A stretch of 64,000 nucleotides of DNA, taken from Sedimentisphaeraceae bacterium JB056. GTDB lineage: Bacteria; Planctomycetota; Phycisphaerae; Sedimentisphaerales; Sedimentisphaeraceae. A program made the position numbers and the translations under genes. The stretch's first letter is position 1, and each line of letters opens with the position of its first letter. Below the pieces are notes generated by a model. The model was not told where the DNA came from. It made no database searches and saw nothing but the letters and a program-made list of their open reading frames with translations. The stretch is from NCBI GenBank assembly GCA_044440125.1, contig JBITAJ010000018.1:64001-128000 (forward strand), in the 5' to 3' direction. Of the stretch, positions 20,120-30,500 are shown in pieces.

Positions 20120-21046
20120 ATGGAAACTCACAAATTACCAAAGGGGTTGTGGCCTGTAATGCTTACTCCTTTCAATGAGGATAAAAGCATTAACTATAGA
20201 GAGTATGAGAGCCTGATTAATTATTATATAGATAATTCTGCTGCTGGTTTGTTTGCAAGCTGTGGATCGAGCGAGATGGATATGCTTAGCGGAGACGAAC
20301 TGTTCGAATTGGCAGCTAAGGCTGTTGAGTTCGCGGGAGGGCGTGTACCTGTTGTGGCAGGTGCAATAATAATTGATGAATTGCCGAAACAGATTGACAT
20401 GGTTAAGAGAATGGCTCAAAGCGGTGTTGATACGGTTGTTATCGGTATGTCACAATTTGCCAGAGAAGATGAGAGTGAAGATACAATAATATCTCGAATT
20501 GATTCTTTAATCAGTGAGACCGAAGGCATAAGACTTGGTCTCTATGAGTGTCCGCATCCTTACAGGAGAACATTTTCTTCTGATAAATTTGACTATTTGA
20601 TTAATACCGGAAGATTTTATTTTCACAAGGATACCTGCTGTGAGGCAGAAGGTATAAGTGCGAAAGTAAAATCAACTATAAATTCAAATACTATATTTTT
20701 GAATGCACATTTCCCTACATTGGAACATTCACTGAAATGCGGTGGTGATGGGTATTGTGGTGTGGTTACTAATTTCTTTCCTGATTTGCTGGCTTATATT
20801 TGTGAGAATTATTTTGAGACGCAGCAGATCGATCAGGCTGTAATGGATTTTATTTCTTCCGCTGATGAAGTTGTTAGAAATAAATATCCGAGAAGCGCTA
20901 AAATGTTCATTAATAGAAATGCTGGTATCATTACGGATTGTTGTCGTACTGGTGTTGAGTTTTTTAATGATACAGATCTTAAACTTGTGGATATGTTTAT
21001 ACAGAAATATAAGACTGTTCAGGAGAGTGTGTTTATAGCAAAATAG
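20120..21046 (+). CDS. DHDPS/N-acetylneuraminate lyase-family class I aldolase, paralog 1
   Basis: GLWPVMLTPF, GLFASCGSSE, GRVPVVAG, LYECP (Tyr) and FHKDT (Schiff-base Lys). Confidence 0.85.
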   Translation: METHKLPKGLWPVMLTPFNEDKSINYREYESLINYYIDNSAAGLFASCGSSEMDMLSGDELFELAAKAVEFAGGRVPVVAGAIIIDELPKQIDMVKRMAQSGVDTVVIGMSQFAREDESEDTIISRIDSLISETEGIRLGLYECPHPYRRTFSSDKFDYLINTGRFYFHKDTCCEAEGISAKVKSTINSNTIFLNAHFPTLEHSLKCGGDGYCGVVTNFFPDLLAYICENYFETQQIDQAVMDFISSADEVVRNKYPRSAKMFINRNAGIITDCCRTGVEFFNDTDLKLVDMFIQKYKTVQESVFIAK

Positions 21047-21095
21047 TTGTATTTTCGTTTTGCTGTTTGTTTATCAGAAGATTAGTACAAAATTT

Positions 21096-21140
21096 AATTA
21101 AGGCCTAAGAGTTACTATATTCTCTTGGGCCTTAATTTTA
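21096..21140 (+). terminator. Probable intrinsic terminator
   Basis: AATTAAGGCCTAAGAG-loop-CTCTTGGGCCTTAATT followed by T residues. Confidence 0.6.
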
Positions 21141-21234
21141 TGCAGTTTGATAAGATGTCGTTGCTGACGCATTATACGCTTAAAAGATTGTTTGGGCGGT
21201 TATGATAAAATTAAATATTAATTATGGAGTTTTT

Positions 21235-22179
21235 ATGCTTTGCGAAAAGAAATATATAGTTGAGAGATACAAGGACAATCCTATTCTGACCAAGGATGAT
21301 TTTCCTAATGATATCGTTTCTGTTTTCAACAGTTGTGTTGTAAAGAAAAGTGATAACGAATACGTGATGATTTGCCGTTGTGAGGATTCATCATTCGGCA
21401 GATATATGTGGGTTGCAGACAGCACTGACGGAATAAAATTTACTCCGCGTCCCAAACCTCTTGCTATGCCTACAGATAATCCTGTTTTTGACCATTATGT
21501 TCATCCTACGAAGTCATATTGGGATCCGCGAGTTACCAGACTTGAAGGTCAGTACTATATTGTTCATGCCGCTGATGTTACCAATGGTGCAAGCTGTCAA
21601 ATAGGCCTGTTCAAGATTGATGATGATTTTGAGAAACTCGACTGGATGGGAATTATCAGTGAACCGGATAACCGCAACGGCTTATTGTTTCCTGAAAAGA
21701 TAAACGGCCTTTACTATCGTCTCGACCGTCCAAACGATAACGGCGGGTTTGATATCTGGTGCTGTTCAAGCCCAGATCTGATTCATTGGGGCAATCCCAG
21801 ACGTGTGCTTGACAAGAGCCCTCTGGGCTGGGGTGAAAAGAAGATTGGTCCCGGTGCAGTGCCTATTAAAACAGATAAAGGCTGGCTGTGTCTTATTCAC
21901 GGCGTGAGAAGACAATGTACTGATGAAGTTTACAGTATCGGCGTGATGCTTCTTGATCTTCAAGACCCGTCAAAGGTTGTTGGCGTAAGTAAGAGGGCGA
22001 TAATAGCTCCTGAAGAACCTTATGAACTGATGGGACAAAGTATGAACGTGGTATTTACCAATGGTGCAGTACTCGAAGATGACGGCACAGTGAAAATCTA
22101 CTACGGAGGAGCGGATCAGGTACAGTGTCTTGCGACAGCAAAACTCGATGATCTCATCTACTCATGCCTGAATGAGTAA
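21235..22179 (+). CDS. GH130 beta-mannoside phosphorylase/glycosidase, copy 1
   Basis: RY..NPILT, VFNS, DPRV, NRNGLLFPEKI, RP, KIGPGAVPIKTDKGWL..IHGV, NVVF, YYGGAD. Start set by comparison with copy 2. Confidence 0.9.
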   Translation: MLCEKKYIVERYKDNPILTKDDFPNDIVSVFNSCVVKKSDNEYVMICRCEDSSFGRYMWVADSTDGIKFTPRPKPLAMPTDNPVFDHYVHPTKSYWDPRVTRLEGQYYIVHAADVTNGASCQIGLFKIDDDFEKLDWMGIISEPDNRNGLLFPEKINGLYYRLDRPNDNGGFDIWCCSSPDLIHWGNPRRVLDKSPLGWGEKKIGPGAVPIKTDKGWLCLIHGVRRQCTDEVYSIGVMLLDLQDPSKVVGVSKRAIIAPEEPYELMGQSMNVVFTNGAVLEDDGTVKIYYGGADQVQCLATAKLDDLIYSCLNE

Positions 22180-22280
22180 GATTTTGTAAAATTAAGGGGA
22201 AATAGTCCTTGGGAAAGCCATTGTTCTGAATGTGATTATTGCCAAGAAAAGTTTTCTTGAATAATTTCCTGAAAATATTC

Positions 22281-22309
22281 TTGACTTCTATTCACGGTCG
22301 TGATACTAT
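22281..22309 (+). promoter_or_regulatory. Sigma70 promoter of second lacI gene (probably leaderless transcript)
   Basis: TTGACT-N17-TACTAT with extended -10 TG. ATG 22316 lies 7 nt after the -10 and no Shine-Dalgarno is visible. Confidence 0.55.
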
Positions 22310-22315
22310 CTGTAT

Positions 22316-23368
22316 ATGGCTTCAGTAATAGACATAGCGAAGGAAGCTGGGGTTTCCCAGGCGACTGTTTCCCGTGTAATAAACGGTAACAGTAAGGTCA
22401 GCAGTGAAAATGTTGCGAAAGTTGAGCATGCAATGGATCTGCTGGGTTACAATCCTCGTCGTAGAGGAGGAAAGCGAGTTAATGGGCTTTCTGCGAGTTC
22501 TGTAAATGTTGCAGTCATGATACTCTCGTATGACATATTTCAAGATTATTCCCATATTTTCAATTCACTTTTGAGATCTATTAGCCATTCATTGAGTGAG
22601 CAGGGTCTCAATGCTATTCAGACTTTTGTTTTCACTAAAGATCAAATACCTCCTGCCGTTAAAAATGGGCATGTTGCGGGTGTAATCCTTGGTGGTACCA
22701 GTCCTCAGCCGGAAGTTCTGGAAGAATTGAAAGATTATCCGCAGGTATGGATTTCCTCAAGGCATGATCAGGGCGGCGATACCGCGTTGGTTGGTAATGA
22801 GGTTATAGGTCAGATGGCCAAGGATTATTTGGTTGGAAGGGGACACCGACATCTTGCTTTTCTTTGCGCTACAGTTAATCATCCTGCACTTATTGCAAGA
22901 GGTTCTTTTTTTGAATTTGCAGCAAAGAAAGATGGCTTGGAAGTTGATGTGATAACATCATCTAATGATATGCTGCCAGCAGATTTTAAGGATCTTGAAG
23001 ATTATCTTGAGGATTTGGTTATAAAATTTATTGCACTTAAAGAGCGGCCTACTGGTATTTTTATACCTATGGATATGCAGGTGGCAATAGTTTACAGATT
23101 GTTTAAGAAGCATGGTATTGAGGTTGGAAGAGATGTTGAGATAGTTGGATGTGAAAATGATAAAGTTGCACTTATGGGGCTTTATCCACGTCCGGCAACG
23201 ATTGATGTAGGTGCCGATGCAATGGGCAGGCAGGCTGTAGAGCTTCTTCTTTGGAGAATTATGAATCCAGATGAAGCCAAGCGGGTTTGCATTTCTGTGG
23301 TACCCGAGCTGATAGATGGGGAAACATTAGAAGCTTCTTCATCAAGAGAGCTCTGTGAATGTCTTTAA
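22316..23368 (+). CDS. LacI-family transcriptional regulator
   Basis: IDIAKEAGVSQATVSRVIN helix-turn-helix and LGYNP hinge. Shares PQVW...GNE.G and P..TTID.G motifs with 19052..20095. Confidence 0.92.
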   Translation: MASVIDIAKEAGVSQATVSRVINGNSKVSSENVAKVEHAMDLLGYNPRRRGGKRVNGLSASSVNVAVMILSYDIFQDYSHIFNSLLRSISHSLSEQGLNAIQTFVFTKDQIPPAVKNGHVAGVILGGTSPQPEVLEELKDYPQVWISSRHDQGGDTALVGNEVIGQMAKDYLVGRGHRHLAFLCATVNHPALIARGSFFEFAAKKDGLEVDVITSSNDMLPADFKDLEDYLEDLVIKFIALKERPTGIFIPMDMQVAIVYRLFKKHGIEVGRDVEIVGCENDKVALMGLYPRPATIDVGADAMGRQAVELLLWRIMNPDEAKRVCISVVPELIDGETLEASSSRELCECL

Positions 23369-23666
23369 TATATTTAGGGGCTTTATTTTTATAGGGACAA
23401 GACTGAAAAAGGCAAACTGGTGAATCCGCTAAAATTACACCCAGTCTGCCTAAAAGATACAAAAACCCATTAAGTTTATATTTAGGGCCTTTGTATGCGC
23501 TGATTTTAAGATTTATAACCGGCAATGCAAGTTTAAAATATAAACTTTATATGGAAGGATAAGTGTGTGGTTGATTCGCACATTAAGTTTTATAGAGTTA
23601 AAATATTTTAATGAATGTTGGTTTTCGAGGCAATTTATTGTGTAACTTAACGAAAGGAATGTTGTA

Positions 23667-25094
23667 ATGAAAAAAAGTAGTCTATTTATCATTTTAATAG
23701 CAACGTTGGTCGTGCCGTCCATGCTTATGGCAGACTTGCTGATGTATGAAGGTTTTGAGTATACCGCCGGCGAAACACTGGGCGGTAAAAGTGGAGGAAC
23801 AGGCTGGACAAGCTCCTGGAATACCAATCCACATATTATAGCCGCTGAAAGTCTTGACATGAGCAATCTTTTGTTCAGTCCTAAGGGCGGCAGTGTTTAC
23901 AGTGTTGGTTCTAATACAGCAAACCGTAATTTCCCTGCTATTGATCTTGCTGCAGATGGTACTTATTATGTAAGTTTCCTGTGTAAAAAGACAGGTTGGA
24001 CAGAGGCTACATCAGGTGAGTGGGGTGATATTCATTTCAGGTCTTCAGGTTGGGCAAGAGTTGCTACATGGAGCAATACAAGTAACGAAGAATTTGCTAC
24101 AGATAATATTGGCGGTACTGTTAAAGTTTCTGGTGCAGATACTTCAGAAGTCATTTTTATGATTGGCAAATTGGTTACTCGTGAAGTTGGAAATGATGAA
24201 ATATATTTGAAGGTATATGAAGAAGCAGACAGTATATCAACTGTTGAACCTTTAGCCTGGACGGTTTCCGGCGGCGTAGAAGACAACAGTGAAGTTGCTT
24301 CAATGTTCACTATATGGCCTGGAAGTTCTGAAGCGTTTACTTTTTATGTTGATGAAATCCGTGTAGGTACTCAATGGGCAGATGTTGTTGCACCGGCAGT
24401 TGACGGCAGAGTTGTTTATCTTGAGCCAAGTGAAGGTTCTGAGAATATTTCACCAGTGGATTTTGACTGGCATGCTCCGGCTGATATAGAATCACCAACT
24501 TATAAACTTTATTACAGCAGTACTCTTGGAGAAGTTGACCCTAACGATGCAACTCCGGATGTGTCTCCTGTCACTTTGACAGAATCAAGTTACGGTTCAG
24601 TAACTCTTGACTCTCCTGTTACTTACTACTGGCGTGTTGATGTAGTTGACGGTGCCGATGTTATAGTTGGTGATATAGCTTCTTTCGATACGATCGTTCC
24701 GATTTACCCTGTTGATCCTGTTGACGAGGCTATCAGTGTTGCACGTAACGTGACTCTTACATGGGATTCTCTCTTGCCTATAACAGGAAACTACGATGTC
24801 TATATGGGTGATTCAGAGGCGACATTATCTTATGTTGGTGAATCTACAGCGGAAAGCTATACACCGTCTGGTCTTCAGTGGGGACAGACTTACTACTGGC
24901 AGGTTGTTTATGATGACGGTGTAGATGTTATACAGAGTGTTGCCTGGAGCTTTACAGTAGCTGACGGACCTGTATGTGATGGTACACTTTTAGGTGATTT
25001 TAATGAAGATTGTCTGACAGACCTATCTGATTTCGCGGTAATTGCTGCAGAATGGATGAATTGTACGGCAACAAATGCTGATGATTGTCAGTAA
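23667..25094 (+). CDS. Secreted protein: ConA-like N-domain, two FN3/Ig-like repeats and EF-hand/dockerin-like tail, paralog 1
   Basis: AAGGA RBS and signal peptide. YEGFEY..G..LGGKSGGTGW...DEIRVG, two YYW(R/Q)V repeats, and GDFNEDCLTDLSDFAVIAAEWMNC. Confidence 0.7.
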   Translation: MKKSSLFIILIATLVVPSMLMADLLMYEGFEYTAGETLGGKSGGTGWTSSWNTNPHIIAAESLDMSNLLFSPKGGSVYSVGSNTANRNFPAIDLAADGTYYVSFLCKKTGWTEATSGEWGDIHFRSSGWARVATWSNTSNEEFATDNIGGTVKVSGADTSEVIFMIGKLVTREVGNDEIYLKVYEEADSISTVEPLAWTVSGGVEDNSEVASMFTIWPGSSEAFTFYVDEIRVGTQWADVVAPAVDGRVVYLEPSEGSENISPVDFDWHAPADIESPTYKLYYSSTLGEVDPNDATPDVSPVTLTESSYGSVTLDSPVTYYWRVDVVDGADVIVGDIASFDTIVPIYPVDPVDEAISVARNVTLTWDSLLPITGNYDVYMGDSEATLSYVGESTAESYTPSGLQWGQTYYWQVVYDDGVDVIQSVAWSFTVADGPVCDGTLLGDFNEDCLTDLSDFAVIAAEWMNCTATNADDCQ

Positions 25095-25147
25095 GTCATT
25101 AATCAATTAGAATTACTAACAGAAATAATATCTGAAAGGATTTAATA

Positions 25148-26566
25148 ATGAAAAAAATGAGTTTTATCATATTACTTACTTTGGCCGTTGTACCTATGAG
25201 TTTGATGGCTGATACACTTCTCTATGACGGTTTTGATTATTCCGCAGGTACTCTTACGGGTAATAACGGTGGCGATGGATGGAATGGCCAGTGGTGGGCC
25301 AACACATATAATGTTGTAGAAACATCTTTGGATATGCCTAACCTGTTATTTACTCCTGTTGGAGGTTCGGCAGAAGGTTACAGCGATATGAACAGAATGT
25401 ATCCTGGTGTAGACTTTTCTTCTGATGGCATTTATTATTTAAGCTATCTTTGCAAAAGAACAGGCTGGACATCAGCTTCTTCAGGTGAGTGGGCAGAAAT
25501 AGTATTACGTACAACTGACTATGCTTATCTGGCAAGTTGGGGAATATCAAGTGCTGAAAATTTCCAGACATCACAACTTGGAGCTACACAATCTTATCCA
25601 GGTGGCGATACAAGTGAGGTTCTTTTCCTTGTAGGCAAACTTATTACCAAGGCAAGCGGAAATGATGAAATATTCCTTCAGGTTTACACTTCAGCAGATT
25701 CAATCCCTACAGTTGAGCCTGAAGACTGGATGATTTCCGGTGGAGCAGAGGATGAAAGCCTTCTTTCTGAAAGATTTACAGTAAGAGCGGGCAGTGCTTC
25801 GGGTTATCTTGTTGGATATGATGAATTTCGTCTTACTACAACATGGGCTGATGCTGTGGCACCTGCGAAGGATGGAAGCATTGTTTATCTTACTCCTCAG
25901 AATTCAGCCGAGGCAGTAACTCCTGTTACTTTCACATGGCAGGGACCTGCAGCTATTGAAACTCCTACATATAAATTGTATTACAGCAGCACTCTTGGTG
26001 AAGTTGACCCTAACGATGTTACACCGGATATTGCACCTGTTACTCTGACAGAGACCACTTACGGACCGGCAAGTTTGGATATCAATACTGATTATTATTG
26101 GAGAGTTGATATTGTTGACGGAACAAATGTTATCGTTGGTAATATTGTAAGTTTTTCAACAATCCCGCCTATATTCCCAGTTGCTCCGGAAGATGGTGCT
26201 GTCGATCAGGCGAGAAATGTGACTCTCAGTTGGGATTCAGAGATTACACTTACCGGTAACTATCAAGTCTACATGGGTGATTCTGCCGAGACATTAAGTT
26301 ATGTTGGTATGTCAACGGGGACAAGCTTCTCTCCTGATTTCCTTGATTGGGGACAGACTTACTACTGGCAAGTAGTTTATGATGATGGTGTAGATGTAAT
26401 TGAGAGTTCTGTATGGAGCTTTACAGTTGATCCTACTATTGATTGTGATGGTACGCTGGTTGCTGATTTTGATGGTAACTGCATCACAAATACTGCTGAT
26501 CTGGCTATGATGGCAGAGCAGTGGCTTAATTGCACTATTATTAACGATAGTGACTGTAAGCAATAA
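25148..26566 (+). CDS. Secreted protein, tandem paralog of 23667..25094
   Basis: Same architecture. Identical stretches [18 protein letters not shown] and [18 protein letters not shown]. Tail [24 protein letters not shown]. Confidence 0.7.
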   Translation: MKKMSFIILLTLAVVPMSLMADTLLYDGFDYSAGTLTGNNGGDGWNGQWWANTYNVVETSLDMPNLLFTPVGGSAEGYSDMNRMYPGVDFSSDGIYYLSYLCKRTGWTSASSGEWAEIVLRTTDYAYLASWGISSAENFQTSQLGATQSYPGGDTSEVLFLVGKLITKASGNDEIFLQVYTSADSIPTVEPEDWMISGGAEDESLLSERFTVRAGSASGYLVGYDEFRLTTTWADAVAPAKDGSIVYLTPQNSAEAVTPVTFTWQGPAAIETPTYKLYYSSTLGEVDPNDVTPDIAPVTLTETTYGPASLDINTDYYWRVDIVDGTNVIVGNIVSFSTIPPIFPVAPEDGAVDQARNVTLSWDSEITLTGNYQVYMGDSAETLSYVGMSTGTSFSPDFLDWGQTYYWQVVYDDGVDVIESSVWSFTVDPTIDCDGTLVADFDGNCITNTADLAMMAEQWLNCTIINDSDCKQ

Positions 26567-26578
26567 AAGAATATTGTC

Positions 26579-26604
26579 GGTTGGGGAAGTCTACTTCCCC
26601 AACC
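26579..26604. other. GC-rich hairpin between secreted-protein genes and prepilin gene
   Basis: GGTTGGGGAAGT-ct-ACTTCCCCAACC, with no U-tract following on the + strand. Confidence 0.7.
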
Positions 26605-26706
26605 ATAAAAATGAATTTATATGGTGCTGAAATTTATAGGCATTGTTTGCAAGAAATGTTAAAATACAATATGATGGCTTCTTTAACAGGTATAGCGAGG
26701 GCTAAA

Positions 26707-27537
26707 ATGGGAAATAAAAAAGGTTTCACACTAATCGAGTTGCTGGTAGTAATATCTATAATTGCGGTACTTATGTCCATTTTAATGCCTTCATTACAAA
26801 AGGTAAGGCAAATGGCTAAACTGACTATATGTCAGTCCAACCTTAAACAGATAGCACAGGCGGCGATACTTTATGCATCTGAGATGGATGGCAAGTTTCC
26901 GCCAAGTATAGTTTTGAGACAGGACCAGAGCAGCTTTAACTGGCCCTCATTTATGGCTTATCAGCCAACATCAACTTTTCCTGAAAATCATCCGCTAACA
27001 AATCCAGAACAGAGGATACTTTCAAATTATCTTGGAGAACGAGTTGGTGATGGCGAGATATTCTATTGTCCGCTATCTCCTCCATCACACAGAGAATATA
27101 TTGTAAACCTGTATGATGATATTAATTATCCTAATACTTCTGGTTTCGGTTCTTATACCTGTTCATATGGCATATACTGGGGTGGATATACTTTCTATAC
27201 TCAGGATAGTACAAAAGAAATAGTTTATGCAAAAAATCTTAGTAGCAAACCAACTGATATTTTATGTGCAGATATAACATATACAGCGAGAGACTCTGAG
27301 GTAAGTGCAACCCATAAATTTGATGGTGGTACAGAGAGTAATTCAGCGGGAATCTGGAAATCAAGTTCAGTTAGAACTGGTGTTGATGCTATAACATCTT
27401 CGAATTTTAAGACTGATTATGTTTTCCTTGACGGCCATGTTGAGTCAGTTAAAGGTAATGACACTGATTGGCTGGCTACCACACCAAATTCTGATTATAA
27501 CAGGTTTTATTTTCCAGAAATCAGTACAAGACGATAA
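26707..27537 (+). CDS. Prepilin-type N-terminal cleavage/methylation protein (DUF1559-like), variant C-terminal motif
   Basis: [34 protein letters not shown]...[21 protein letters not shown]. Start placed at ATG 26707 after GAGG. Confidence 0.88.
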   Translation: MGNKKGFTLIELLVVISIIAVLMSILMPSLQKVRQMAKLTICQSNLKQIAQAAILYASEMDGKFPPSIVLRQDQSSFNWPSFMAYQPTSTFPENHPLTNPEQRILSNYLGERVGDGEIFYCPLSPPSHREYIVNLYDDINYPNTSGFGSYTCSYGIYWGGYTFYTQDSTKEIVYAKNLSSKPTDILCADITYTARDSEVSATHKFDGGTESNSAGIWKSSSVRTGVDAITSSNFKTDYVFLDGHVESVKGNDTDWLATTPNSDYNRFYFPEISTRR

Positions 27538-27571
27538 AAAAAACAAGATATCAGTATACGGAAGTTTATTA

Positions 27572-30500
27572 ATGTATTTAGTATTGCGCAGATTCCAATT
27601 CACATTTTTAATTTTATTTATCGCAGCACTTACATGTCACAGCAGCATTGCATCAGAAGTTGTCTGGAATTTTGATAACAGTACTGATTGTGAAGGCTTG
27701 TGCAGCGTAATTGCTGAAAGAAATGTTGATTTTGCAGAAGGTTTTGGCGGCAAAACTGCAGCAAAGTTTGGCGGAGAATCATTTCTTAAAGTTTCACTGG
27801 ATGAGTTGAATATTGATAATCAGCTTACTATTGAAGCTTTGATAAAAATCGAAAAATCTGTTGATGGCATAGGCAACTATATAATTTCTGCATGCAGCAG
27901 TAAAGCACCTGATACACTGCAATATGGGTTGCGGTTGACTGATGGTTGTCTGCAATTTGTAATGCGTTTCAAGAAAGCTGAAGGGTTCAGCTATAAAGGT
28001 GTTCAGACTACTGCCTCTTTACCACTTGATAAGTGGGTATATGTGTGTGCCGTTAAAAGTGACAGCGAGATGAAGCTTTTTGTTAACGGTTCACTCAAGG
28101 CAACAAGAACTATTGATGCACATTTGCTTGATGCGGATGTTCTTTATATTGGTCAGGAAAATAGCGGAAGCCGATTGCAGCGAAGTCTTAATGGTATGAT
28201 TGGTGAATTGAAATTGATATCTTCTGCCGAGAGTGATCGTTCCATTGCTCAAGAGTATTCGGAAATATCTTCTGATTTTCTGGGAATCAAAAGCGTTGGG
28301 AAAACTCATTATTTCAGTTTCAAAGTTCCTGAAAAAGATCCGAGATTTCCTGATGGACCATCAAGGCTCAAGCTTGACTTTAATTATCTTGAAGCCGTTC
28401 TCGGTGAATCGATAAATCTTGACCCTGAAACAATCAAATTGGTTAAGTGGAATAAAACTGATAATCTTCCACTTAAAGAAGTTGATTTTCGCAGAACTTA
28501 TGATTTGCAAAATTCTTCCGCAATTATTTACTGGAACACAGAACAATATTTCAATTTTGCGGTGGAGATAAGCGAGTATAGTTTTGAACAGGAAAGTCTC
28601 AAACAAAATATACCAATGATAGGAGCTGGTGAGCCAATTTCCGTTGGCAGTAATGATTTCTATGCTGATCTTGGTCAGGGACTTGCCGGCTATCCTATTG
28701 TGCTTGACTGGGATGGTGACAAGGATATGGATTTGATAGTGTCGTTTGTGATACCAAGGAGAATTTTTCTTTTTGAAAATATCGCTGATGATATTAATTG
28801 TGAACCGGTATTTGATGCTCCTGTAATGATATGGCAAGGCAAATCACTGTTGACTTTTGATGTTTCTCAAGAGCCTGACGGTGGAATATATGCCTTTACG
28901 GTAAAGAAGAAAAATGCCGGCTTGTTATGGGAAAGCGAACAGAAGCCTTTTATAGAACTGCAAATATCCAAAAGTGTTGAAGAATTTGGAGAAGCAGTTT
29001 TAAAAGATATAAATTCCGTGAAAGTTTTTGGATTACCGGCGGCAGCAAATGTTTTTGAGATATCGATGCAGGATATTAACGGTGATGGTGTTAACGATCT
29101 TGTAATGGGTGTGCTTGAAGGTATATGGTGGTGGCCGGATGGACTTACTCCATGGAATGGCGGTATCGGTAATCCCAAAGTTGGGTACGGCAAGGGGTAT
29201 GATAAGACGAATAAATGGCTTGGTAAGCCCCCGATAGGTTCTGTTTATATTGCCGTAAATAATGGAAGTAACGTTTCTCCTCAGTTTACAGAAGCTCAGT
29301 TGCTGAAAGTTGATGATGAACCTATAACAATGCCGACTACGCAAATGTCTCCATCGTTTGTTGATATGAATGGTGATGGAAGTCTTGATTTACTTTTGGC
29401 TGTTGGTGTTGACAAAATATTGTTGTATGAGAATTTCAGCAAAGACAAAAATACGCTCAAGCTTACTATGCCGGTTAATGCATTGAAAGAAACTGCTGTT
29501 TCAAAGTGGAGTTATTTTGACAGTCGTTTTGAGATAACTGATTGGGACAATGATAATAATACAGATATTATTATGTGTTCTAACCCCGGAGTTGTAGTAA
29601 AATGCAGTATTGACAATGGCAAACTCTCAGAAGATAAAATCCTGAAATGCAGAGGTGGGAATCTTTGGGCAGATTCTCTTGTTGTTCCAAGTATTGCCGA
29701 CCTTAATCAGGATGGTAAGTGGGATGTGATAACAGGGGATGCTTCCGGTTATTTGAGTTACTTCGCCAATGTCGGAACAAACTCAGAGCCGTTATTTGCA
29801 TCTCGTGAAAAATTGTATGCCGGCGGCAGAGAATTTCATCCGATAGCGGCATACAGCGGTTCTATTCAGGGACCAAGTGAAGCAAGATGGGGTTATCTTG
29901 CTCCTAATGCATGCGATTGGGATGGTGATGGTGATATTGATATCTTAACAAGTGATATAACCGGCTATGTTTACTGGCTCTGTAATATGGCAGAAGAAAA
30001 AGGTGAATATAAGTTTAGTGATCCTATTGCTCTCGAAGTTGGAAGCTGGCCGCTTAAAGTTAGGTGGCGAACTCGTCCATGCGTAATTCAAGGTGAGTCT
30101 TCACTTAATATGATAACAACAGATGAAGACGGTTATCTTGCTCTGTATGAGCGGAATCCGATTATGGGTAAATCGAATCTTAAAAAAGCTCAACGATTGC
30201 TTGATGAAGCGGGCAATGAGATAAAGATAGACGGGCCTGGTGGATATAACGGCAGAAACAAACTTTACTCAATCGACTGGAACAGAGATGGAGTGATGGA
30301 TATTGTTTGCGGGCAGGCAGGAAGAAGCGGCATAAGCAAGAATTTGAAATTTGATATGCCCAGAGAACCGCGTGCTACAGTGGCTGTTTTGATTAACAGC
30401 GGCAGCAATGATGTTCCTGTTTATAAAACAGCCCAAACATTAAAGCTTGCTAATGGAGAAAATATATATTTTGGAACGCACTCATGTGCTCCTGCAGTAT

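Noticed and set aside
10897..22267. Shared TCTTGAA(A)TAATTT at 10897 and 22255 as an island operator
   Set aside because: CTTGAAATAATT also occurs at the tRNA promoter (57078), so it is more simply -35 context.
26581..27571. Long N-terminal extensions and overlaps given by the ORF track (26581, 27419, also 13153, 21202, 34231, 37776)
   Set aside because: Downstream ATGs with RBS and/or signal or prepilin leaders fit better, so starts were reassigned.
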